From Eledone cirrhosa (lineage: Eukaryota), in NCBI GenBank assembly GCA_964016885.1, contig OZ024743.1:8618001-8682000 (forward strand): DNA of 64,000 bases. The letters are read 5' to 3'. The notes under the pieces were generated by a model. It saw only the letters and a list, made by a program, of their open reading frames with translations, was not told where the DNA came from and ran no database searches. Shown here piece by piece: positions 11,753 to 24,867 of this stretch (the first letter of the stretch is position 1; each line of letters opens with the position of its first letter). Position numbers and translations under genes: made by a program.

Positions 11753-13614
11753 CTGAATAAGAAAATAAATAATGCAATTAATATGTAGAATAACATTAGA
11801 TATAATTAACTATAAAGTTTAAAAAAAAACCTTTTAATTAACATCACTAAAGAAAATAGTATTAAAACTTAAACGATTCCTTAGTTAAATATAAGATTTG
11901 AGAATCAAACAATCAACCACTCTAAGTTAAATCATTAAAATTAGCAACTCTGTAATTAAGAAATAATTAGTTTTCATGATCACCCTTGCAAGCAGGGAAA
12001 AAGCGGACGTAAAATGAAATGATGATCAGAATGATTGTATTTAAATTTCAAGCTGTTTTTTGTTTGCTTTTATCTGTAAATACTGAAATTAATAGCATAT
12101 GTCAAACTAATAATTTCTTATTAAAACACTAGATTAAGATTCCTAATAGGTTTTTATCAAGGGCTGTAAAAAATAGCTTTATTTCTGTCAGTAGCATCTT
12201 TGCCACATCTCCTAGCAACATTCTTCCAACACTTATACTGCTACAAGAAATTCAACTTAAAACTGCCTTCATCTCAGGAGTTTATTTTCCACTATAAAAT
12301 CAAGCTTTATGTCCAACCTTTCATTAATATTACTGACTATCAGCCAATTACTCTCCAAACATATCCATTTGATGAAGACAATTATAAATTCTTATACTTT
12401 GAATATTTGACTTTTCAGCAACAAACAATATAGGTTAACAAAACATCCACCCTACCAGCAATGACATCACAATGGTTCTAGATGCTAGAAAATTACAGAA
12501 ACCATACTATCTGTATTTGAAACATATTTTGATCCAAAACTTTACTGCTAGGCTTATTGTGTTTATATTTTAATGAATTGTATATAAAAAAAACAACAGA
12601 TTTACATCTCACACCAGTACAGATTTAGCTGGTCTCATATCAGGTTGCATAGATTTCTTGAATGTTTTAATTATAGCCCGTCCTATCATGAAAAACAGTG
12701 GGAAATGAAGTGCCTTGCCACCTGGTCCAGGAATTGAACCCACAATCTTATGATCATGAATCCAACACCTCTGCCACTAGGTCATCCGCCTTCATTTATG
12801 TGTTAATGAGCATAACTTAAACACTAGTATCCCTTTTATACAACAGGTTGCCTGTTTTCCCAATTTTTATCTCTACAATGCTGATCTATCAATCACCATT
12901 AACCCTATCCACTCAAATGATGACTAATCATACTATACTGAATGAATTTGTCAGCTTCTATCACCCATCTGCTTCTAATAATAAAAATATTTATTCATGA
13001 CTAACAACAATTCTATTATGTTTAGCAAAGTTATTTCACTTAAGAATACTACAAGCCTACTTCTCATATACAATTCTCATCTTCAAAAGATTTTTTCCAC
13101 TATACTGGTCTTTTATCTTTCAAACTTACCACCCACACTCAAAACTAATCATCACACCTAATATTTTTCTTCTTGACATTTTCATAATGCATATATGCAT
13201 CATTGAATGTCTTTACATCACATATTCCAGCTAAACATTAACCTCCAGTCAATGTTCCAATTCTATTGATTCTAGTAACCTAACTCATGCTCTACACTCC
13301 TCCATGCCAACAAGGTATTCCAGAAGGAAGTGTTCTTTCTCACATACAATTTCTTTAAAACTGCTGTTTTGAACAGATACTAAAACCTGCTGAGAGATTC
13401 TCAACACACTAAAGTATAAAGCACAAAATTTTCAGTTTGCTCAATAATATTCACAAGAAAGTTAAGCAGTCATGTTTCAACATATACAATTGTGGATACA
13501 AGAGTGCAGAAGGATCAGCAATCACATAAAAACTGTATTGTGTGTCATCAAATCTAATTTGAATTATGAGTATTTTATGAACTCGTAAATACTAACCTGG
13601 ATGCAAATAAAACT

Positions 13615-13707
13615 TTAGAGAAGTACACAGTTTGAGGTTTTCTTTCGCTTCTTATCTTTTCTTTCTGGGTTTTTCTTGTTAATTAGTCGAACCAGGTCAT
13701 AAAATAT
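13615..13707 (-). CDS. Rap1: Rap1 coding exon 6 (IFYDLVRLINKKNPERKDKKRKKTSNCVLL*)
   Basis: 93 nt including TAA. Acceptor ttcttcccag. Polybasic tail and CAAX (CVLL). The exon probably continues to a donor at 13597 (CAG|gttagt). Confidence 0.96.
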   Translation of the reverse strand: MFYDLVRLINKKNPERKDKKRKKTSNCVLL

Positions 13708-14938
13708 CTGGGAAGAAAAAAAGAAAAAATATTAAGTAATCTGCTTATATGAATAAATACAATTCCAAATCATGGATTATTTAAGACTAAAGATCCTTAT
13801 TAAGTATGGTTTGTAACTGAAAAAAAAAGACAAACACTTAACATAATAGATATCTTCAATGAGAGTAACCAGACATTATACTGCATATGTGTACATCTAT
13901 TTTGAATAGAATATAAAAATGAAAATGCAGAAATATTTCTATATATGAAATCTAATATGTAAGTTCCTGAAATCAATTTTTACCACATTATATTTTGCTT
14001 AATATTGTATATTTTTTCAGCCTCTTTAAAAAAAAAAAAAATTGTAGGCTTGAAAAGTGGTATGTTATGTAATATCACTATCTACCCACAGCATGCCTTA
14101 GTAGATTCAAAATAAATATTTTCCAATGATTTAATGTTAAACTCAATCCTTGCTAATTTTCAGATTTTCAAAGCCTATTAAATGAAAGAGTATAGTAATA
14201 GAAACCCACTGTCAAATCAAAATTTTATACCCCAAAATACATTTCCATGAGCTAAGGCTATAAATCATTTTTTATTCTTTGACCAGTCTCTTCAAGTACA
14301 AGGTTTTGAGAAACTTTTCTGTGACAATTATTATCAAATATAAGTTTTCTTTGGCAACATGTGAAAATTTTGGTTTCCTTTGGCCTCTTGGTTCAAGTTA
14401 AAATTACAAATAAAACTAGTCACTCAAATTTGTCCATACAAGCTATTGTTATTCAATTCTTTTATTGAATTCTTTGTTCTAACAATTTGATGTCAATGAT
14501 CATTAACTTGTGAAACTCTTCTCTCAAGCATAAAAATACTAAATTTCAACTCTATGTTCTATATCAATCATTTCAATTTTATCCTCCTTTAATCAAAAAG
14601 TGACTTTATAAGATAACCATAGGTGGTTATGAATTAGTGATTAGTAATAAAGTTACAAAATTGTTTTAGAAAAATTTAATAGTCAAAAATATAACACTAA
14701 ATTCAAAAAAATATTTTTAACTTATAGCTAATCAGATTCTAAGTAGTTGAAATGCCAATATATAATTAAAAATATAATTTAGGATTTAAAAAAAATACAA
14801 TACATATAACATTGCAAAATTTTATATCAGCCACATCATGCTGAGTTAACAACCAAAAAGAAATTTATCCTATTAAATAAGTTCCATAGTTATTTTCCAA
14901 CATTAGTCATACATTATATCCAAATAATATTAACTTAC

Positions 14939-15079
14939 CTCATTGACATTGATTTTTGACTTGGCTGAAGTTTCCAAAAAACCACAAAAAAATTGCCTTG
15001 CAAGATTGCTACCTTGGTCTTTCCCCACAACACGTTCATCTTCCAAGTCACATTTATTACCCACTAGAAGCATGGGTAC
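14939..15079 (-). CDS. Rap1: Rap1 coding exon 5 ([12 protein letters not shown]...[12 protein letters not shown])
   Basis: 141 nt. NKCD and ETSAK G-box motifs. Acceptor ttttacag, donor GAG|gtaagt. Confidence 0.97.
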
Positions 15080-16509
15080 CTGTAAAATAAAAAAAATAAA
15101 AAAATGTTTAATATAAAAAATAGAGTTAGTGCCATGATAAATTGCTCCCAGTAAATTGGTTGGTGTTAGATCTGCAGAAACCATGCTTCTCTAAGGGTTT
15201 TAGTTGCCCATGCAGTTGCAAGAAGACACAAACATCCTCTTGACAATTCCCTCCTATGATCCCGTGACAGCTAGAAGGAAAGAAAGCTACACCAGCACAG
15301 GGCTGCTACTTTCTTTATTGACTCCAAAAGTGTGAAAAGCAAAATGGACCTCAGCAGGATTTGAACTTAGTGTTGTATAATTATTTCAGCTCTCTGTTCT
15401 AACAAATATGCTAGGATTAATATAAATATTTTAATATATTAAATGTAAAAAATTGAGATAATTATACAAAATATTAAAGCAAGTATGGAGTCTTAAATCG
15501 AATTTTTAACCTAATTATAAATAAGTGGTTTGCTCTAACATCAGAAAACTACAGTTAAGCACAGATCCTAGCTGGACAGTTACATGCAACATCCATTAAG
15601 AACCACAAACCCCAAGAATAAGCTTTTTCATTGATGTTTAATCAGTAATGTAATGCTTAATTACCAACCTAATTCTCAAAAATAATACTTATCTTTTAAA
15701 AAATGAAATCAACAATTATCATAACTAATGACATGTTCAGAAATAATATGAAAATAAAAAATATTTTAGTGTAGGTGTCTTTTGAAATCTATATTAAGCT
15801 CATATTGAAATATTTTGATCTAACAATTAGTATATTTGAATAGCAAGCTATACCTTAATAATATAATAATATAGAACAATAAAATACTGAGCATAAATAA
15901 GTCCCAAAACAAAACTCTTGTCACACTTGGCTTAATATGAATGTTAGCTAAAACAAAACTATACATTTAGTTAAAATTATGTACACAATTCAAAATTAGA
16001 ACACCAAAGTTTTAAAAGCCATTATTTCCTATGCTGGTATAGATTTGATGGGTTTGCTGTACAGTATATCACCAACTGTCTTGGGATTTTGTTTCCTCTG
16101 AAAGACCAAGCATCCTATGATCTGATCTCACTGCTACTTAACACATGTTAGAACACAGCACTTTTTTCATGCACCATTATCTCTCCATTTTCTCAGCTCA
16201 CAAGTACTATGCTTTTCATGTACAATAACATTTATACATACAACAGATCATACTTAACTTATTTCTCTCCAGCCTCCACAGATCTTCTATAATCAGTTCC
16301 CATGCCTCATACATCATCACATTTTTTACATATCCTACAATAATTTTCTTTCAGATTTTCTTTAATTATTATCAAACATATATCCACTAAATTATGATGA
16401 CTATCTATCATAGGACTGTCATTGGGATTCCTGCTTTACTGCTCTTGTTCTTGTCAACATAAATAGACCGTGCAAAATTCTTACATAGTAAAAAATTCAG
16501 AAAACTTAC

Positions 16510-16650
16510 TTCATTTGTATCTTTAACTCGTAAAATTTGTTCCCGTAGATCTTGTAAATCATTGAATGTTGACTGAGCTGTGATAGAATACACAAGCAAA
16601 AATCCTTGCCCATTTTTCATATACAAGTCTCTCATAGCAGTGAATTGTTC
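16510..16650 (-). CDS. Rap1: Rap1 coding exon 4 ([17 protein letters not shown]...RVKDTNE)
   Basis: 141 nt. Acceptor ttattccag, donor GAA|gtaagt. Confidence 0.97.
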
Positions 16651-16699
16651 CTGGAATAAAAGGGAAAATTGTAAGTAATGTGCTACAATATATTACAGC

Positions 16700-16886
16700 A
16701 ATAATTGTTTCTACTTTAGGCACAAGGCCAGCAATTACCCAGTTCATTACTGGTACTTTATTTTATCGACCTCGTAAGGATGAAAGGCAAAGTCAACCTC
16801 GGCGGGATTTGAACTCAGATCGTAAAGGGACGTAACTATGCTGAAAAGCATGGCGTCCGACCCTCTACCGATACTGCCAATCCACC
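16700..16886 (-). mobile_element. Full-length tRNA-headed Nin/Deu-core SINE in a Rap1 intron
   Basis: A-box TGGCAGTATCGG, B-box GAGTTCAAATCC, core and (ATT) tail. TSD cagcaataat (16696-16705, 16886-16895). Confidence 0.88.
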
Positions 16887-19480
16887 AGCAATAATGTAAC
16901 ATTATAGAGATAACAGCAACTGATTGTCTATCTTAAAACACTAAACAATTAACAGAATCAAGCTTTGTAATTTATTAATATCATCATTTAACGTCCACAT
17001 CCCTGCAAGGTTTGGACAGGTCTACAAAGACCAAGTCAGTACTGAAGCAGGGCTACTGACCTCCCAGACAGACCTGGAGAGGGGCTGTCTCATGGACGGT
17101 TTTTGGTACTATCGAGTGTACATGGGAGGCTGTCATGTCTTTAACACAACTGAAGGGTTCTCACAACTCTTTGTTTGGCAGGCTTTCTACAGCATAGCCA
17201 GGTCTTAATCAGCATACCATAATGGCAATCCTCACAGTCACACACACACGCCATAGAAACCAAACCAGAAACAGTCACATGACCTGACTTGTCTCATAGC
17301 ATGACAATCCCATCTAACCATGCAAACATGGAAAATAGACGTTAAACGGTGATGATTATTTGAATGTGAATAGTTATTATGAAAAATCAGCCCTCAATAT
17401 GTAAAAATAGAGGTACTTTATATTACTTAGAATACATGCAACTAAGCATATGTTTTCATTGTTACTCAGTTTCCTGATGGTGTCCAATTAATCGGATAAG
17501 ATTATGAAACTGCATACTGATCAATACATATGCTTAGTTATTATGTATTTTGAGTAATATATACACATGCCGAACAATATCAAATGTATGATGAAATAAT
17601 GTCAATTTCCTAGTCTATTCATACAGTTTTTGATAATCTTAGATCTGAAGATCTGCAGATACTTAACTTCAAATAGAATATGTGCATGAGTAATGATGAT
17701 TGATTGTTCTGCTATCTTTGATACTGTTGATTATCATTGAGATATTGGTCTTTGTAGATCTGCTACGCTTTCAGGTTATAGAGGATAGCAAGGCATTATT
17801 AAAGATATCATTGATTCGTTAAACACAACAAGCCTTATTTTATTCAGTATTTACTAATGCTTAATATAGTTATTGAGATGCATGGGATGAAGTGAATTTC
17901 AATTATTGAAAATTAAATGAAATAATCTTAATTTGAATTTGTGAAGATGTATGGCCTAGTAGTTTGGGTACTAGACATGATCATATAGTCATAGGTTCAA
18001 TTCCTAGACCAAGCAGCGCGTTATTTCACATTGGTTTTCATGATAGGATAGGTGCCCGCTTATCATTAACCTGAAAAACTTCCTATGAAATGCAAACCTT
18101 GTTTGTAGGATGCCAGCTGTAAATTTCATTTCAAATTACTGAAAACAAAACACTTGTCCAGATGTTTTAGAATTGCACTGTACAATTTATTATGAAGCCA
18201 TTTGTTTTCTAGAATCAGGTATAGCAGTCGTCATGCTACATTTAGTTTAATGTCCAAATAAATACATTATTTTGTATTCAATAGACAAGTAATATTAAAA
18301 CGTCTAAATCAACGAAACACCACAAGGTAAAGAGGACCCATTGGCCTTTTCAGGGACATGACAGCCTATCTAGTGGTGGTGCTACAATAAAATGTACCCA
18401 GTATACTCTGTAAAGTGGTTGACAATCAAATGGAAACTATAGGGTAGAGAGGACGCTTAAGGCTTATGAAATGTATGACAACCTTCCTATAATGTTGATG
18501 CCACAATAAAATGTACCCAGTAGATTCTGTTGAGTTTTTGTGCTGGTGTCACAATAAAAGGCACCCAGTAACGCTGTAATGTTGTACTGGTATCCCAATA
18601 AAATGTTCCCATTTTTTGTTTTAAAATGTAACAAGAACATTTTCACATTTAAAATGGAGTTCTAAAAATAGTTAACAGCTTTCAGATGGTTAGCTTAACC
18701 TTATAAACATGCCATATCTGTAGAATAAGCAAACTGTCTGTGTGTGTGTGTATGTGTGTGTGTGTATGCATGTGTGTGTGTATGTGTGTGCATGTGAACG
18801 TATTTTTAAAAATGTTAGTGAATCATGGGCTGTTAATGTAGATTATCTACAGCAAATGTTGAATGTGCAATATCAACTTATGTAAAAGTCATTCGACAAG
18901 ATCCCAGATCTCATTCGCTTAATGAATGGGGTGGAGTTCATCAAATCGGACCGAGGAAACAAGATTTCCATTGGTCATTCTAATTGCTAATACTATCTAC
19001 CAGTCGCAAATGCAGGTAGAAGGAGCAACATGAAATAAAGTGTCTTGCTCAAGGACATAACACATCACCTGGTCTGAGGATCAAACTCACAACCTCATGA
19101 TTGTGAATCCAATTCTCTAACCACACAGCTACACACCTTCACAACTTATGTAAACAACCACATATAACTTGTTAAAGTCACTGAGCATCAAAGATATTCA
19201 CAATAAGTGTAGAAGAGTTAACTGTTGATGAGAATAGATGATACACACTGGATACAAAACTGCAATGGTTTAGTAAAGGAAGTTCAGGTGATAGAAGTAG
19301 TCTAAAGAAGGTTTCAGATGAATCTCAAAAACGATAGTGCATTATTGAGTAGCAAGAAAAGATATTGCAGTGCAAACTCATCAAAATCCTGTCAGGATGA
19401 TAAGATGCTACAATGCAGATGATATATGTATGTACACACATTTGCACTCTCACACATACAATTATTCAATGTTTACTTAC

Positions 19481-19537
19481 TGTTCCAGCAGTATCGAGGA
19501 TTTCCAACATACACTGCTGACCATCAACTTCAACTTG
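19481..19537 (-). CDS. Rap1: Rap1 coding exon 3 (QVEVDGQQCMLEILDTAGT)
   Basis: 57 nt. Acceptor ttttcag, donor ACA|gtaagt. DTAG motif followed by Thr61, where Ras has Gln. Confidence 0.97.
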
Positions 19538-19667
19538 CTGAAAATATATTAAAAGAATATATTGAAATGTATATAAAATTAAATTTTCATTTTCATAATG
19601 AATTGGATTATTTTTTTATTTTATCTAACAAAATAATTTGTTTTTATTTCAACAACTTAGCTTAATG

Positions 19668-20135
19668 TACTTCAAAGGAATCCCATTTCAGCTGCTTGTA
19701 TCCGCAATCACATTCTTTCGGTCATTACCTAAGACTCGTGGCCATATGTAAGGCTTGGCACTAATACTGAGTTGAAGATAACAAGTCTGTCTTTTACACA
19801 CACCTCCTGATTACCGAATGCTGAAGCTTGTGCATTACTGCACCAGCTCCTGCAATACTTGCACTTAATTCAGCCTCCTGCTTTCCATCACTTGTGAACA
19901 TGGCCCTGAGGTACAGCTACTACATCTCCAATACTAGGGACATGTGGTTAGAATGTCGCAGGAAAGAATTGCTGGACAGATTTTATGGGCAAAACCAACC
20001 GGCATGAGACCCATGAGCAGACCCCTGAGCATGATGGTTGGGTAACATCTTTGATCTCAGCTGATCTTGTTGAAGGTTTCAGCCAGAATGCATGCTTCAG
20101 GACTCTACACCCATGACCCTCCCAGGAATAAATGG
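19668..20135. mobile_element. Decayed RTE-clade fragment (second lineage) with 5' inversion
   Basis: Minus-strand LTYGHES*VMTERM..RIQAAEMGF segment abuts a plus-strand GHVVRM segment. Colinear relative at 34480-35120. Confidence 0.7.
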
Positions 20136-20851
20136 GCAAAAAAAGAAAGAAAAAAAGGAGGATTTAGCTTATTTTGTAGAATATATTTAAAAAATTCAAA
20201 TGAAAATTAATTAAAAACAAATTCATTATTAAAAAATATAAATACTATTTAATAAAATATAACAGATTATTTAAAATAAAATAACTAGAAATCCAGGTAC
20301 ACTACTGATTCTTCAGCAATTGATAGTCCAGCACTTCTTTTTATCTGGGTAACTGAGCAAACACTTGTATTTCCAGTGACCCACCTGACCTTTTTTTATT
20401 CCCTATAAACATATAAAAGTGAAACCTGAGAAACCTATGAGATGCAACCTTGTTGGAGGTTAGCTAAACCTACTTAGTCTAACAGTTAAAAAGTTGTGAC
20501 TGATGTTAGATTTACTTTTCAACATTTTGCACCTTGCAGAGGGACTCTTTCCACCTTAATATAGTTGAGAGGCAGAGGGACCATTTCCACCTTCATATTA
20601 TAGTTGAGAGAAGAGGGATTATTTTCACTTTCATAAGTTCCTAATGAATATCAAAAGGGGTGTCATGAAGGTTTGGTCACAAAAAAGTTATCAATAAAAT
20701 GGCATCAGTCTCAAATTTACCAGGAGTTCAGCAAAACACAACAATGTGTGTGGAACGAAGGGTGTAAAAAAAAATCAGTGGTCTACTTTAGGTGTTAATA
20801 CAACCTGTCATTCTTTTTTTCCATACAGAATTCAATTTAATAGTTTTCCTA

Positions 20852-20971
<120 letters not shown>

Positions 20972-21644
20972 CTAGAAAACACAAAAAGAAAAACATTATC
21001 AAAATTAGAATAACAGAGTCAATGAAACAAAAAAGAAAAGCTTTGAAATTAAACATCCAGTTAACTTAAGAAGCAATGGGAAAATTTGAAATAGAGTAAT
21101 CCCAATGTTATCTATAAAAATAGTCAATTACTATAAATAGTAGTTACGAAAATTGGGTAAAGTATCCCCTGGAGTTGAAAAACGGTAGACAGAAAAGCTT
21201 CTGGCCACATTTTTCTGTCTCCAGGGAATTTTATCCATGTTTTAATGTGATCAACTATTGCTATAGTCACTTACATTGGGATGACTACATTTCAAATTAT
21301 TAAAATATGAATTACTAAATTACTTTGTAGATATATTAGTTGGAACCTTCAATTTCTGACATTTGCATAAGGCCAGAACAACAACATTTTTAAAGTCCAT
21401 TTTCTTGGCTAAAGCAGCAGGAATTAGCCATGCAAGTTCCATAACAGGTTTCATACTTATGGTACCCTTTTTTGAGATAATATTTGACAGACATATACCC
21501 TTCCTAGCACCACCTCTCACACCATAACATATTCTAAACCGGATACAAACAACATCTGCATAAGACTGTATATTGAACCCAGTAAATGACTAGGATTATC
21601 TTATCAGTCCTGAAGTGGGGGAAGAAAAAAAAAAGAATTTTCAC

Positions 21645-22486
21645 TTAACTCTTTGGCATTTAAACTGGCCGTATCCGGTCAGAATTCTCTCACCTCTTTC
21701 TGTCCAAACCAGCCATAACTGACTGCTCATACCAATGTTAAGGTATTGTTCTCAAAATATATAACATCAAAATCTTGTAGATACGATATTATATGAGATA
21801 AAGCCTTTACCACAAAAATAAATATTATATATAGACGTGAATATACGTGAACGACAAAGCATAAAGGAATTGAGAGAGAGACTGAGCATAAGAGGAATCA
21901 AATGCTGCGTGCAGGAGAGGCGGTTACGCTGGTATGGACATGTGATGCGTATGAAGGATGACAGCTGCATAAAAAGGTGCAGAGCACTAGAAGTTGATGG
22001 AAACCGCGGAGTGGGGAGACCCAAGATGACTTGGGATGAGGTGATAAAAGCCGACCTTACCCAACTACACCTCTCAAAGTCAATGACACACGACCGTGAC
22101 TTCTGGCGTCACGCAGTAATACAGGGTACCCGACCTCCCATGGGTACATGCTGAAGCATATAAACAATATGCCCCCCCCCCCCCCCCACCGCAAGGTGGC
22201 CGTGGAGGTGCCACGGCAAAAAAGCACCCAGCCCACACTGTAAAGTGGACGTGTAGGCGCCACGAAAAAACACCCAGCACTCACTGTAAATGAGGTTGGT
22301 GTTAGGAAGGGCATCCAGCTGTAGAAATCAAGCCAGATCAGTTCCTGTATGAGCAAGGCATGGTCAGCCGACCAGACACTGCCCACAACAGGACAACCCG
22401 TCTAACCCATGCTAGCGTGGAAGAACGGACGTAAAACGGTGATGATGATGATGATGATGAGAGTAATGTAAATGCTAAAGGGTTAA
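21645..22486. mobile_element. Family A MITE interrupted by an RTE 3' fragment (about 21836-22460, + strand)
   Basis: MITE left part 21645-21835, then RTE C-terminus RRLRWYGHVMRM with 3'UTR and (GAT)n tail, then the MITE right TIR gctaaagggttaa. Confidence 0.85.
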
Positions 22487-22614
22487 AATAAAATAAAACT
22501 AAATATAGCAAAGGATTTAGTTTTGTACTTCACTATTATTGCTGCTCTATTGTTCTGAAAATTATAATTAAAAATAATACAAGTACAGAGCGATCAAAAT
22601 AGATGGCAGCTACA

Positions 22615-23097
22615 GAGTAGGCAGGCCCAGAAAAACCTGGGACGATTTCATAAATTCCGACCTTACACCTCTCCAAGACAATCTCACTGGACCGAGATCT
22701 TTGGCGTTCTGCAGTAATACAAAAGACCCGCCTTGCCTAAGTACAAAGCGAAACCTACAGTCAGTAGGCACCTCCTAACCAAAAATACACCCCCATCTAC
22801 ACCACCCCTTTCTCTGTAAAGTTATGTTGGTGCCACAACATCCAGTCCTAAATAAATGAGGTTGTGTAGGTGTCACGACAAAAGAACACAGTCCACGCTG
22901 CAATGTGGTCGTGTAGGTAACACGGTAAAAACCTCCCAGTCCACACTGTAAACATGGTTGGTGTTAGGAAGGGCATCCAGCTGTAGAAAACCCGCCAGAC
23001 AGTCCTATACGAGCAAGACAACCAATCTTGCCTCAAGTGGGACAATTCCCGTCTAAACCCATGCTAGCATGGAAGATAGACGTTAAACGATGATGAC
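22615..23097 (+). mobile_element. RTE LINE 3' fragment
   Basis: Colinear with 3060-3580. Confidence 0.85.
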
Positions 23098-24829
23098 AAG
23101 CAATAAACTAAGCAATTTCAAATATCTGAATAGTTATGAATTATTAAACAATATGAAATTGAGACAAACAACCCATACCATTATGGTAAAACAGACAACT
23201 GATGATGAATTTATTTGAAACAAAATAAGAGCTAGTTCCTATTTACATTAATATTTCTACACAAAAGTGTAATTTTCTTTTCATTAATAACACATTTCTA
23301 AAAAGAATAAACTTCATTAACCCTTTTTATACCAAATCCACTTGAGACCATTTTTACTGAAGTATTCATATTTAAATTAAAACTTTAATCGAAATGTCGG
23401 CATGAATAATGATGCGAGATTTCAGTCTACCAAATTTCAGTGCCAAGACTTTGGTCAACTTAAAATTATAGAAGACTTGATTATGAAGCGAACTCCTTAA
23501 CCAAACAACCATGCCTGCAGTTTCTTTAATTTTCAAGAAACATTTTTAAAAATAAAAGAATTTCAAAAACTATGCTCATAAAAACATGTAAATATGTAAA
23601 TATGAAAAGAAAAAAAGAAATCTTGCCAGCAGCACATTCTATTTTGCTGCTGGAAAGTATTGTGCTCACCCACTTTCCATTTCAAAGACATTCCTAGAGC
23701 ATACAATCATAATTTACTCATGGGAACCATGGAAATTTTCCATGAATATGTACATCTACGTAACATTGTTTCATTATGTTAAATCATCATTATCATTTTA
23801 CATCTGATTTTTCATGTTTGCATGGGCTGGATAGGACATGGTCCAAGATTAGATGGGTTGGAGAGACCTCATTTTGCTCATATGTTCCATATTAGGAGTG
23901 GTTTCTATGGTTGGCTGCCTCTCTTAATGCTAACTACCTTACAGAATGTACAAGGTATAATTTATCATGGCACCAGTGCCAACACTTTACAGAGTGTACT
24001 GGGTGCATTTATCATAGTACCAATGCTAACACAAATTTTTTATTATTGTCTATAAATTCACTCCATGGTTAAGGTTGTTTAAGTATAACACTCAAACAAC
24101 TACCATGTCAAGTAGAATGTTACAGATATGGTACTATTGTTATTTTACTGGTATCACAGAGGCAAGCAAAGTTAATGAGGGGAAAAAAATCAGTTAATGC
24201 AAGAAACCAGGAAGGAAACAACATAAACATGCTTCATAAATCGCTAGTCTTACAAATGTTCAACATTATTGGTAAATAAAGAGGAAAGATGTTGAAAGAC
24301 AAATATCTATATATAAATTTGAGCGACTTCTGTCCATCACACAATCTGTGTGTGCATTTGTATGAATGTGTGTGCAAAAGAGAGGACGAGGATGATGAAA
24401 AAACTAGCAAAACAGCAGCTGGTGTTCCATTTGCTATGCTGTGTGAGTGTGTGTTTGTGTAAATGTATGTCTGTATTTTTGTAAGTAAGTGTGTTTGTGC
24501 GCTTATATTTATATATTCATACATATAAATGAATGCACATACATATACACATCAGCATGTTGAAAAAAATCCTAGTTATTAAAAACTCTAGTTTTAACAA
24601 ATCTTTTAAATAATAAAAATACTCCATATATTTAGCAGTTTGGATTAATAAATTTCAGCATACTTCTCCATTATCTTGAAAATGTACTGATGTCTAATAC
24701 ACTAACACTTCATTTATACAAACATAAGTTGAAAAATTGTTCAACTATACAGCTGTCACTTGCAATTTGTGCTGCATCATAGTTGAATGAGTCTACCCTT
24801 TTTTCTACAATTACAATGATGAATTTTTA

Positions 24830-24863
<34 letters not shown>

Positions 24864-24867
<4 letters not shown>

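Noticed and set aside
12900-13350. Possible LINE RT relic (QGIPEGSVLS-like) in the 3'UTR intron
   Set aside because: Only one motif is recognisable, which is too decayed to call.
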